Shown here piece after piece: positions 20,934 through 33,242 of a stretch of DNA of 64,000 bases. A program made the position numbers and the translations under genes. The stretch spans positions 8,576,425 through 8,640,424 of the forward strand of contig CM082582.2 of assembly GCA_040954595.2 (NCBI GenBank). Reading direction: 5' to 3'. Below the pieces are notes generated by a model. It searched no databases, was not told the DNA's origin, and was given only the letters and a program-made list of their open reading frames with translations. This DNA is from Balanoglossus misakiensis (taxonomy: Eukaryota > Animalia > Hemichordata). The stretch's first letter is position 1; each line of letters opens with the position of its first letter.

Positions 20934-23900
20934 ATGGAAGGATACGGCAAGCAGAACGTTACATACGACGGTACAACGTTGATGGAGTTCGAAGATGGAG
21001 AAACGAGCTTTAGCCGCGTCGGCGTTTCGAGTAACCAGGAGAACAAACCAGGCGAGGGTCCCAGTGCCAAGCAAGCGAAGTCCCGAGAAATGAAGACCCA
21101 CAAGCAACTCGTCGACGACTTCATCGGCAGCACCACGGCGCACGGATTGCCGAGGGTCTTCGAGAAGCGCAACTGGTTCCTGACCCTCTTCTGGACGCTG
21201 GTTTTCTTCACCGCCATGGGGGTGTCCACGTGGCAGGGCTACAGGCTGATCAAGCAGTTTTTGGCGAGGGATGTTAACATCCGGGTAAGTTAGACCAGCC
21301 GGTCTGGTCAAATATTATGCGTTCCGCAACTTTGGCGCAATTTGATTTCAGGTTTTGGACATTCTCGAGTTTGAAGATGGGCACTTGCGTGGCGTATGGC
21401 CAGGTCGTCAGACGTTAGACCGTACGCCAACAACCCCTTTTGGGGATAACCCTGATCTTCAACCCTTTACCTCAGACGGATGTTCGTTTTCCGAATAAAG
21501 ATTCGAATGTTCTCTGTCAGATTGAAGTGGTGACGGCGAGCAGTCTGACTTTTCCGTCGGTGACCATCTGCAACACGAACAAACTGCGCATGTCGGCCAT
21601 CAAGAAGTCACCGCACCGGCAACTCGCTGCTGTCGACACAGAAATCGTCAGACCATACTACGGTAAGGGTCTGCGACTAGACTTTGCACGTCAGTCCTCT
21701 GGGCTTATATCAAGGGGTATTTTGATACAAAGTGAATCAGTATAAATAATCTTACAAACCCCACCAACATGTGTTGGTGGCCTCTTCGATATATCGGAAA
21801 TTGTCTAAAGTGGCCCACCCTATAACCTTTCTCAAAACACAATAATTAACCCTTGTGCAAATTTTGTGCGTAAATCGCACTGTCTTGAACTCAGAAAATT
21901 ATTTGTAGTAAAATTGATTGCCACATTCATTCCATCGCATTTGTCACGGACTGCCGATTGCTGAATTAGAATTTAAAAATTCACGAGTTTTTGACACCAT
22001 TGTTCTCGAAGACCGTGACCAGTAATTTGATAATATTACATTGTCAGCATCCAAATGTCTGGAAGGCGATTTCCGTTGCAACAACACTGGTTGTATAAAG
22101 AGTTACCTGAAGTGTGACGGGTATGATAACTGCAGAGACAGAAGCGATGAAGTTGGTTGCCAATACGGTACGTAAGTCGTCGTAAGCTCATCCCATTTGT
22201 GGCACTATTGCATTGAGATAATATATGATTAAGTTTTAAAAAAAAATTAAATAAATCGTTGGCAGGTGACTGTAACACGGACAAATTCAAATGTACCACT
22301 GGCAGTAACATGGGCGTTTGTATAGACATGATCTACACGTGCGATCGACATCTTGACTGCTACGGTGGCGAGGACGAAGACGATTGTGGTGAGTTGACGT
22401 CTGTCAGCTGATTATTAGAATGCGTGTCCATAAGTAGCTGAAATAATTGTAGCCTTGGTGGGCTGGCTGGTTGGTTGGCCGGATGGACCGTCAGCGCGAT
22501 CCAGCCTCCCAACCGGCCAACCAAGGCTACAATTATTGCAGCTAGTCCATAAGGACCTTATTACGTAGTTTGCATCGTTTCAGTTGAAAACTGGGTTTAG
22601 GCTTATTGTGTCATTGCTTAGCCGGCCGCCATAGACGTGCTACCGTAATTCATTTCGCCAACATAATAATGGAGATACCTACACGACAGCGAAAGCTAGC
22701 CCAGTGTACTTACAGAGGACTATAACTGTTAACTGTTCCGACCAATTTCAGAATGCAAGGCAAAAACGGAGTTTTCCTGCTTGAAGAGTGGTCGGTGTAT
22801 TTCCACCCTACGTTTATGCGACGGCCGTGCAGACTGCCCTGATCGGAGCGACGAGGTTAATTGTAAGCGGAAACAGTTCTTTTTACATAATGACGGTGAT
22901 AAAGAGATTTATAAATTACCAAATAACGCCAATGCCAGCGAACATTCCGTCACAGCGCTGAAGAATGGCGAGCAAACTTTCTGTTTTTGCGAAACGCATT
23001 TTTCGGCCACATATGCACCTGGAAAACGTCAGCCTAGCAGGAATTAATTTGGTCCGATTTACTTGTCTCCATGCAGGTACCGAGTCTGGGATATTCTGCG
23101 GGAATGGTTACTTCGAGTGCGACGGCGGCAGAACGTGTATCCCGCCGTATTGGAAGTGTGACGCCTACGCCGACTGCAACGACCAGTCAGACGAAGAGGA
23201 CTGCAGCACTTCTTCGCCCGGTAAGCAGCTTGGCGACCGATTTTAACACTAGTGAAGTTTTAAGGGCATCAGAACGCGGGAGAGTACTACTGAAACATAT
23301 ACTGCTAGGCGGTCGTGCGATAATTGCTTTCACTCAGTCTGCTTCATATTGGATTGTTACGATAGGGGGCTACCCAGATGCAGTGTGAGGTTGCCACACC
23401 GCATAGCTTTATATATTAAACGCTGTTCTAAAATTGCATTAATCCTTTTTGGTGGAGGAATGGCGGAAAGGAAAGCTGAACCCAATGCTAATAGTAAACA
23501 CTATGTTCCTTTTTCAATGTTCTTATAAGGAGGAAGTCCAGTATACTGCTCAAGCGATGAATTCCAATGTGATGCTATGAACTGCGTACCGGCAAGTTGG
23601 GAATGTGATGACTATAAAGATTGTATGAGCGGCACTGATGAAATGTACTGCAATGGCGGAAGTAAGTGTAAACTCTGTATGTCTGTCTGTACGTGCATGT
23701 AAAAGGCGTGAATAAACGTGTAGAAATTACGTTCCCGCGACGCTCAGTCATCGTTTTGATTTCGGAACGGTGGATACTGTGGCTTAACTCTCACCAGGAT
23801 CGGACGTCCAAACAGCTCTCCGGGTTTACCTGTTTTGTTTTTTCTCTCAAATAGTTTGTGACACGGGTGAATTTGACTGCGATGACGGTGACTGCTACCA

Positions 23901-26900
23901 CAATTCGATGCTGTGTGATGGCGTAGCCCAATGCAACGACGAAACTGACGAAGATACTGGGACGTGCGGGGACGAGTCCAGCGGCTCAGGTGCGTCATAA
24001 TGTTATCATCACGGTTACCGTGCCCTATGCATAACAATTTTGAAACCTGCCCTTTGATCTTAATTTCTACTCGGTACTTAGGTTCCGGTTCCGGTTCAGG
24101 CTCATTCACCTGCGACGACGGGGAGACGATTCCGGAGTCTTACATTTGTGATGGCTATGATGATTGCGAAGATCTTTCCGACGAAGACGATGCAGCCTGT
24201 GCAGGTATGGGAATATAGTACTACTTTACGGTTGAAATCTATACTTACGAACATTTTGTATGGTTGTAACATGTGGTTCTGTTTGATGGTAGGTTTGTCT
24301 TAACCGCCATCTTGGAAACAAGGTGCGTTGTGGGATAGAATCCCAGATGGCGGTTAAGACAAACCTGGCCTATAGGGGGCCATACAATGTAGTGTACTAT
24401 CTTGTTTTCTTCTGCAGGTAGATTTGCTTGCGATAATGGTACGAGGTATCTATCAAATGACACCATCTGTGATTCTGTCTACGATTGTGATGATGGATCT
24501 GATGAATTCAACTGTGCCAATTTCACCGGAAACAGTTCCTTAGCAGGTCATTAATATTTACATTTTTTGAATATAACCACTATAGTGACGTATGAAGTTG
24601 CCAAATAATTGTCTTGTTGTTTCGTTACGTAATAACGGAGTGACGTGCGAAAAAGTGAAACGTCGAAACATTGACACGAGCACGTACGGTATTCTAATGT
24701 TTGGTATGATTTTACACGACGGTTATACCATTGCAAAATTTCAAGTATAACCCTGACGCGCCTTGGTGTGGGGTTGGGATGAGGGACAGGGCCGGGATTT
24801 TGCAATGTCCACTTGCAAAGGCTACATGTCCTATACACTTACAAGTTGCTGTGTTACACTTTTTTTCCCCACAGAGACATTTACATGCGTCGAGGATTCC
24901 ACGTTGATTGACATCACCCAACGCTGTAATAAAGTTGTGGATTGCGTGAACGCAAGCGATGAGTTGCACTGCCCGAGCGGTGAGGAGATTTTTCATCGAT
25001 TAACCATATTAGGAGTTGCTCGATAGCATAAAAATTAATATCTCATTAATATGCATGCGATCTGGCCAATGACGCCGTTTATCACTGGGACCAATTTTGT
25101 ATGTGTCCTTTGGGAGGTCGCGAAATGTATTAACATTAATTTTCCTGAATGCACTTGTTTCGACTTTCTTAGGACGGAATGCCAGCTACACGCCGGACCC
25201 CTACGAGCTGTTAGAGCAGTACTCACAATATTCCCACGACCCCGCACTCTACCTGGAGTTTGTTAACAGTTACTATGACGACCACATGTTCGGGAGAGTT
25301 TCCAGCGAGGACCCGCCGGACTGGTACGGTTTTATAGCCTACACCAAAACGCCCGACTACAGCGACCTGGAACGGGTGCTCAAACTACGCAAGGAAGAAG
25401 TCGGGGTTCTGGGTCACCAGATCGACGACTTCATACTGGATTGCAGCTTCGACGGAGCCAAGTGTGATTTGAAAAGGTGAACTTGTTGTTGGCATTAATA
25501 TTATACATGTACTTTATACAATAACCCCCAAATCATTGACATGTTTCCAAGTCGAGAAAGTTGATGTCTTCGTCCAAAATCCTGATTATTGGCAGTATTG
25601 CGCGGATTAAATCTTTTTCTCCTTTCTCTTCCTCTAACAGAGATTTTCGCACTTATCAGGACGAAGTCTATGGTAACTGTTTCCAGTTCAACTATGAAGA
25701 CCCAACAAACGATACTAAACGCCTCGAGACGACAAAAGCGGGTGTCAGCTACGGTGAGTATGGTGTCGATTTTTTAAATATATTTTCCCACCTTTCTTTG
25801 GGGTTTGATCACACGTCCCTGAATGTTCTCTTGACCATCCTTATGCTTATGATTCTGTACTCGGAAATATTTTTCGACCTTCAGGTCTGAAAATGACACT
25901 CAACACTGAACAGGACGAATACATCAGCGTTTACGGGCGGCGTTCTGGAGCACGAGTGCTTGTCAAAACCCCCGGCATACCATCTATACCATCTGCCGAA
26001 GGAATCACGATCTTGCCCGGTGTCGCTTCCTCGATTGGTCTCAGGGAGGTAGGAATTTTATAATACCTCTGCATGAAACCGTGAAAAAACTTTCTCAAAG
26101 CAAACAAGTAACTTTTCTACCACATTTTCACGTTATTGAAACTGTTTTTAAAACTATTTTTTCACAGAAAAGAATCAAGAGACAACCCATGCCTTACGGG
26201 GACTGCATGACGGAATCTAACTTCCCATCGGATTTTGGCCACAGATATTCAAAACAAGTAAGATGAGATTTGATTTTCGATTCAAAGCAAATGCATGTCC
26301 CAAACCCCCTACTCCACGTGTTGTGTATTCTACAGCGGTTGTGATAATACGCGTATTGGCCTCCGGGGTCACAATTTCTGCAACATGAGGTGTAACTTTT
26401 CCATTCGGTAACATCACGTTTGAATTATATTTGCAGGCGTGTGAAGAAACTTGTGTCCAGACAAAAATGGAACAGCACTGTGGATGTGTTGACAGCATGT
26501 TAGTCGACCGGCAACAGTGTATGCTGCTCAACAGAACGCAAGGTATATAAATCACTGCAATGGTATACGTTGAGTTGAAACCACACAAAGAGAGGCGGTC
26601 GTCCCATCTGCGACTGCGCGTATATACCTTGTATAACACACAGCACATAAAGCATGGCAAACAGAATGCTGTCACCTTTTACCACGTGTGGCGCTTCTTG
26701 GTACAACATCTTGACATTTAAAAAATGGGTGGCTTCTGTTCTGACTGGTACTTTTATCTTTTGGTAGACGTTTGCAAACAATTGATGCATTACCTCTTAA
26801 ACAAAGATAAACTCGGATGCGCCTGCAAGAAATCCTGCGAGTAAGTACATTTGAATACAGTTCACCTGTGACAGTTGCTTTGGAATAGATGACTTATATG

Positions 26901-28118
26901 GTCACTTTGCAGATAGAGACAGCCTTCTCTCAATGGGGAAACGTAAGACAAACATAGAAAAGCTAATTCTAACGTGAAATTTGTCTCATTTTTTGCTTTT
27001 TACTGTTCAAAATTTCCTGTATCAACACAGTTCTATTTTTTAATCTTCAGGGAAAGCTGGTATGAAATCAATATTTCTCAATCGCTTTGGCCGTCCAAGA
27101 CCTACTTGGTAAGTCGATTGTGTGATCGCATACAGAACCGAATCGAGATTAAGCATGGTTAAACCATGCCTAATAATCTCAACTTTGCAGACCGTTGTAG
27201 TTGTCCAGTTTAGTGATGTCACTGACAATGATGTATCTTTCTATTTATATAGAAACATTTGTTGAAGCAGATTCATTCCAAAAATGACAAGATGCGGAAG
27301 ATCAATGATGCCACTTCTGTCAGGTGAGTTTGATTGATTTCCCGAGCGGAAATCGATGAAAAGGGAAAGAGAAAGAGAGAGAGAGTGAAAAATAGAAAGA
27401 CATCGGACGGAATCTAGGAGCAGTAAGCTTATTATCAATGTAACACGCAGAAGCACAACAACATCTAAATTTTGAAGTACGTGACGTCAGAATAACAATT
27501 GACCAGTTGTAAGGGAGTAAGCAGAGGAAATCTATACGTTTGATACAAACCACGGAAAAAAGTGAACTTCCGCAAGGAAATAGAATAAAGAATGCTAGTA
27601 AATGTCTACAAATGTGCGGCTGAACTCAGTCGCCTTTTTACGATACCACTGTTGGTCTTCTGTTTTGTTGTGGACAGTGAGAATTTGATCCGACTTGAAG
27701 TGTTCTTCGAGGAACTGAACTACGAGAGCATCGGCGAAATACCCGCCATAACGGTAAGTTCTTGAGATCTTCGACGGATCTGTGAATTCAGTTGAATATA
27801 TTCCAAATTTTGACTAGAAATCTGTAGTTACAATAGTTCAATTGAGTATTACATGGGTTGATGTTTCGAACTTGGGCCGCGCACCCCCTGTATGAGGAGT
27901 ACCACCCCCTGGGGTTCACGGCAGATGAGATAATTACGTTGGTGTACATGTACGTCTTTTTTCAGGAGGAGAGTCTTCTGAGCGATATTGGCGGGACTCT
28001 CGGTCTCTACTGCGGGTTTTCCTTCATCACCATGGTTGAATTCCTGCAGTTCTTTACGGATTTGGTAGTTTTGACTTACTTCAAATACATCCACCGACGA
28101 ATTAATCCAAAGAAGTAA
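20934..28118 (+). CDS. DEG/ENaC subunit with nine LDLa repeats, paralogue B, about 940 aa
   Basis: Same 21-exon structure, 2823 nt in frame. 20934-21284: TTAHG and TM1. 21521-21662: FPSVTICN. LDLa exons: 22048-22167, 22266-22388, 22752-22862, 23077-23220, 23530-23661, 23855-23989, 24082-24204, 24418-24546, 24875-24979. Then 25173-25476, 25641-25753, 25885-26048, 26168-26257, 26437-26542, 26768-26840, 27051-27108, 27253-27323, 27678-27753, and 27966-28118 ([16 protein letters not shown]). AATAAA at 28667. Confidence 0.93.
22426..22553. mobile_element. 110-bp MITE with TAG...CTA termini and 9-bp target-site duplication, in an intron of channel B
   Basis: Direct repeat GTCCATAAG at 22426-22434 and 22545-22553. 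Terminal inverted repeats of 25 bp: TAGCTGAAATAATTGTAGCCTTGGT / ACCAAGGCTACAATTATTGCAGCTA, one mismatch. Confidence 0.8.
24291..24366. repeat. Intronic inverted repeat with 22-bp perfect arms, MITE-like
   Basis: AGGTTTGTCTTAACCGCCATCT ... AGATGGCGGTTAAGACAAACCT. No target-site duplication recognised. Confidence 0.6.
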
Positions 28119-28917
28119 GACTGACTTCAGCACATGATCTCTCCCCGTCACTCAAAGCGAGAAGTCGTCCAGTGCGGACAAGATTTTTGCGCAGCGTCGT
28201 GAAGCTCAGATCTGGGGCTGCAGGACGAGAACAAAGGTCGTCCGTAACCAACAGACACCAACTATAGTCTGGCAACGTGCACGCGTTCTCGATATGTGTT
28301 CTAAGATTGAACCAAACTGTTGTAAACTGTCATGTGTACGATGCATGATGAGCCTATGTTAGGTTCTCACATAGAACGACTACCTTAATTGCCACCGATT
28401 TTATAAGTCATATTATTCTCCCCATATCTGTGCGTCGATCTATCTGTGTCTGTCTGTCTTCCCGGGTTTATCCCAGTGTGGTTAAATTTTTGAATGCTAT
28501 AAATTTAACTTTTTATTATACTACGCAGCTTCATGATTAATTGCACGTTAAAGGATTTTTTACCTGACGATCAAACCACCACCACGCAACGACGACGTTG
28601 ACGACGACGATTTAATTCATGTTTTCAACGAATGTACATGTAGATCTCTTAGCTATATGTTAGCTTAATAAATCCATTCTATCGTAACACCCAAATATCT
28701 TCATGTGCTATAGCTTTTTCAGATATCATGCTTTGTGTCGGTCGTTCTGGATGGGGTTTTATTTGCCATTAGGGCGCATGCTCGACCGAAAGTAGGCCTC
28801 TAGCCTAATTTACGAAACTCCGTCTGCAAACATAGCGGTAACTGGCATATACACACTTGCGAACTTGGTTGTCGAGCGCACGCCCTTGCAGTCTTGGGAA
28901 ATCGAAAAACGACCGCC

Positions 28918-31900
28918 ATGGAACCAGAAAAGAAAGAGTTTCGGATAAAGAGGAAATTGACTCTGATAGACAGTTCCATGCTCATCGTAGGGACGATGAT
29001 CGGCTCAGGTATATTCATCTCTCCAACCTGGGTTCTCTACTATTCCGGCTCGGTGGCCGTGTCGCTACTTGTCTGGTTGGCCTGTGGCATATGTTCTATG
29101 CTGGGAGCTCTTTGCATAGCCGAGCTCGGTACAACCATACCAAAGTTTGGGGGTCATTACATCTATCTCTATGAAGTGTTCGGTCGCTTGCCGGCTTTTC
29201 TGTACGTCTGGGTTTTGGTCACTATACTGACACCAAGCTCAATCGCCATTGTCTTACTGGTGTTCGCCGAGTATATCTCGTATCCCGTTTTCATTGGCTG
29301 CACAGCAAGCCCCCAGATGGTCAACCGTCTTCTTGCAGTGGCTGCAATAGGTAGGTTCAGCGATATTTTCTTGTTTTCGTCCACTATACTACCGATCATT
29401 CAGAACAAAAGTCGACGACCTCTTATAAGTGCAATAACGGTGGCTTTATCGTAAAAAATCTACTATATCAATGACAAACATACGTATGGTAGACTTCACC
29501 TATATACCTTCAATTCCGATTGTCTCGGAGAACTTTATGGCCGTAGCATGAAGATTGGAAATCGCGATAGAAGCATGGGTATCGTAAATCGGTCCGACGT
29601 AATCATTCAGGGTCACAATGCAAGCGTTCGATTACGCCCAGTTTACCAATCGCTTCAACATACATGTTGAATCGCCCCAGCCTCATTTACCATATATATC
29701 GACAATCCGCTTTCTTGTATTTGACTGTTTCCATTTTTCCAGCAATCCTGACATATCTCAATTGTGCGAGTGTAAGATGGAGCGCAAGAGTAACAAATGT
29801 CCTTTCCTACACGAAACTTTTTGCCTTGGCCACCATCATCTCTATCGGGCTGTACTATCTTGCAAAGGGTAAGGATGTGGATTTTTCTACTGCGGGCAGA
29901 TTGTTTCCCCATTGTGCACTTAAGATTGTCGGTTTCTTGGTTTGCTATGGGAGGCATACAATTCTGGCCATCCGTTTCTGATAGGATTGTGCAACTTACA
30001 AAACTAAATACCCACCGATTCCCGATTGAGAGATTGGCCGTCATGTTATGCAATGCACGAGACGCCGAGGCCATTTGCGGCACAAATTCAGTCAACAAAA
30101 TGTACATAGATGTTTTACAAACAAATGTGATCAGATGCCAGATTTGAATGCCCGTTTCTTGCGTAAGTTTCACAAATATTAAAACACACCGACAGAGTCG
30201 TGGTCTGCACAGTATATAGCGGACATGCATGTACTCAAAACCCCGATAGCTGCCGAAAGCAATATTTTGCATCAGAACAATTCTCAACATATTTCATACA
30301 ACTGCCGCCAGTCAAGTTCAAGTAATGATGCTGTACATTCGCCTCTTCTGACTACAGGGAATACAGACAGCTTTGAAGATGGCTTCGCAAACAGCACAAC
30401 TTCCGTTGGTAATATCGTGTTTGCCATGTATTCTGGACTCTGGGCATTCACTGGTTTGTACGTTCAATAATTTCCCTACAGTTGTTCGGTAATTACGTAT
30501 TCAAAGGACAACAGCTGTATATTTAGTATATTCTAAAGAGCACACACTTGCTATAGGCTATACCCGCATTTTGTTGAATTTCTAACTCATCATGATATTT
30601 TTGTATGCATGTGTCGAGACATCAAAAGCATCTGTGTGACGTAAAGAGGGTAATCGACAAATTTCCTTCATTTGTAGAGCTAATTTGAATAGCGTGACCG
30701 AAGAGATTAAGAACGTTTCCAGGTGAGATTTTGTTATATTAAAGACCGGGTTTCATCAACTAAATTCATCTCGCTGTCAATTGCTTTTAAAATAGTTACG
30801 GGTCATTCACATATGTCTATGGATATTCACTATTATTTCTACTTAGAACTTTGCCACTTGCCATCATCTTGTCAGTTACTATGGTAACAGTCGTCTACAT
30901 GCTGACAAATATCGCTTATTTTGCCGTGTTGTCGCCTGCAGAAATTCTCTCAGCCGACGCCGTCGCTGTTGTAAGTGGAAACAATACCTATGGAAATATC
31001 TGCAACAGGCCACTTTTAAATTCATCTACCGGTACCATGTGAAATTTCCCATTTACCGTATTTTTAGACCAAGAGGTCAAGGTGTCTCATAACATGGTCG
31101 CATGGGAATAAACAAATTTTTGTAAAGCATGATAGCATTATTTGTGTACCGCGCCATTTTTTTCAAGTTGGTGTCCTGCTTATTTCTTACCTCGCCTATA
31201 ACTCATTATCAATAATGAACTTCTAGTGTTATCATTGCGTTCATATCACAAAATAATAGAAAAATGGTTTAGAAAAACACATTGCAAAATTGCACAGTCG
31301 AGTCTGTTAACATAGACTTGTACGTGTGTAATCCAAAAGTGATATGATAGCGTGTTGTTCACCAATTTCACAAATTGTTCATTCTGCGTCTTTTCAACTT
31401 CCAGACATTTGCAGATTCTACAATGGGCGTGGTTGCGTGGATGATGCCAGTTTTTGTAGCATTGTCTACGCTCGGTTCCGCCAGTGCAATATTCTTCGCT
31501 TCCGGCAGGTTAGTCCCCCAGTATGGTAAAAGTGGTTGAATTGAAAGATCTCCATTGGAAACTACATCATCTTGATGATGTAGTCATGTAAACATCGCTT
31601 TCCATACTGTCTGACTGACTGAAATTTTACACATTTTTTCTACACTTGACAGAGTAAGCTTTTCTGGAGCTCGAGAAGGTCAACTTCCCGACTTGATTGC
31701 AATGATTCACGTCACAAGATTTACTCCGATTCCGGCGCTCTTACTAAACGTAAGTACAAAATCACTGTCATTAAACACATCGCCTTTGTAAGTCTAGCCA
31801 CAGTTACCAAGGAAACTTGAAATCTAGCCAGTCACAGTCTTTCAAACACTGATACACGCCCTTTTGACTACATCGTTTAAATTTCTAGGCTGCTTTGGCT

Positions 31901-32719
31901 CTTATCATGGTTCAAGTGAGCGACATAGAAACTCTTGTCAACTACTTCAACTTTGTCAGTTTTTTGGTCGACCTGGCAGTAGTCTTGGGCTTGCTGTGGT
32001 GGCGCTATAAGAAACCAGAACTTCCTCGACCTTTAAAGGTGCGTACAGCATACATCGTACGAAGTATAACACTTCTATATACGCAATACTCCAGACATCT
32101 AGTGGATATTTGAATCAGTCAGCCCTCCAATGAGGGTATTTTTTCAATATTTTTGTTTTGAGTGTCAACTCTAGACTTAATACACATGAAAAAAATACTG
32201 GTGAAAAGCCAACAGTTTAATTGGTCGACGTGATGAAAAATTCTGACATTATATTTTTTTATTCTAGCTCAATTTGGCAATCCCTATATTGTACACATTG
32301 ATCACTTTGTTTTTAGTGATCGTACCGCTGTACACTGATCCCATCGTATCCATGATCGGTCTTGGCATCACGCTCATCGGTGTACCGGTCTACTTCGCGA
32401 CAGTTGTCTACAAGAAAAAGAGGCCCAAAGTACTGGCAGAGGTTTTCGGTAAGGGATCTCCAATTAGCATGTTGTATAGTGCACATGTTATATTGTACCG
32501 CTGTGCAGAGTAAACGGGAGATGATCTGCAATGGTTTTATACAAGTTGTTGCATAGTCCGGAAAGCGTTACTTAAATATCTGGCCAGGGCCATATTTCGC
32601 ACTTATCACTATTTAACATGGCGAATCTGTATTTTTTCCTTCCAGGTCGAGTCAGAGTATTTTTTCAGAAACTGTTTCTGGTATCGCCGACAAATACCGA
32701 ACAAGCACCTGGTTTTTGA
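28918..32719 (+). CDS. SLC7 light-chain (LAT / b0,+AT / y+LAT family) amino-acid transporter
   Basis: Kozak ATG at 28918. TM1 [14 protein letters not shown], then [11 protein letters not shown] and the heavy-chain-linking Cys after TM3 (VFIGC). TM6 [18 protein letters not shown]. Later motifs GAREGQLP and [11 protein letters not shown]. Stop TGA at 32717-32719. Confidence 0.9.
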
Positions 32720-33242
32720 CATTATCAAGTCTTCAATTGACTTAAAGTGCAAGCCCCATCAATATATACATGTAGGCTTACAAGTCAATAATAGTAAACA
32801 CAATTTTGAAGGAGATATTTTGCCTGTGCACGGAATTATTTTGGGGAACAAAAGGGAATTGGGGTCAGCAATGCATTACATGTATTAAACGACTCAAACT
32901 CAATTGATCAATTACTTAATCTATTTTTGTGTGTGAAGGTGTGTACGTGTTTTATACTGAATAAGGATAACGTTTGATGTAACATGATGCTAGCTGCAAA
33001 CACTGACTACAGACACTGTCTGCAGTATTAGGTTTTCTGGTGTTGCCGTACAAGAAACCAACCCATCACAGACAAAAGGTCTATTGTTTATATCTACAGA
33101 AACTTCCACCACAAATATACGCTTTTAAACTTCCCAAACCTAGTAATTTCGATCTGGCGTATAAATAGTTTTAAGAGATGTATTTTGTCTGTGTGGTTCA
33201 AAACTCTACACCAGAAGGACTCTAAAACAATGTTGCCTAAAA

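Noticed and set aside
29655-30290. 211-aa minus-strand ORF, the longest in the track
   Set aside because: Antisense to SLC7 exon 2 and its intron; the composition is not protein-like.
31561-31584. Palindrome ACTACATCATC-TT-GATGATGTAGT
   Set aside because: Short, with no flanking duplication and no second copy in the window.
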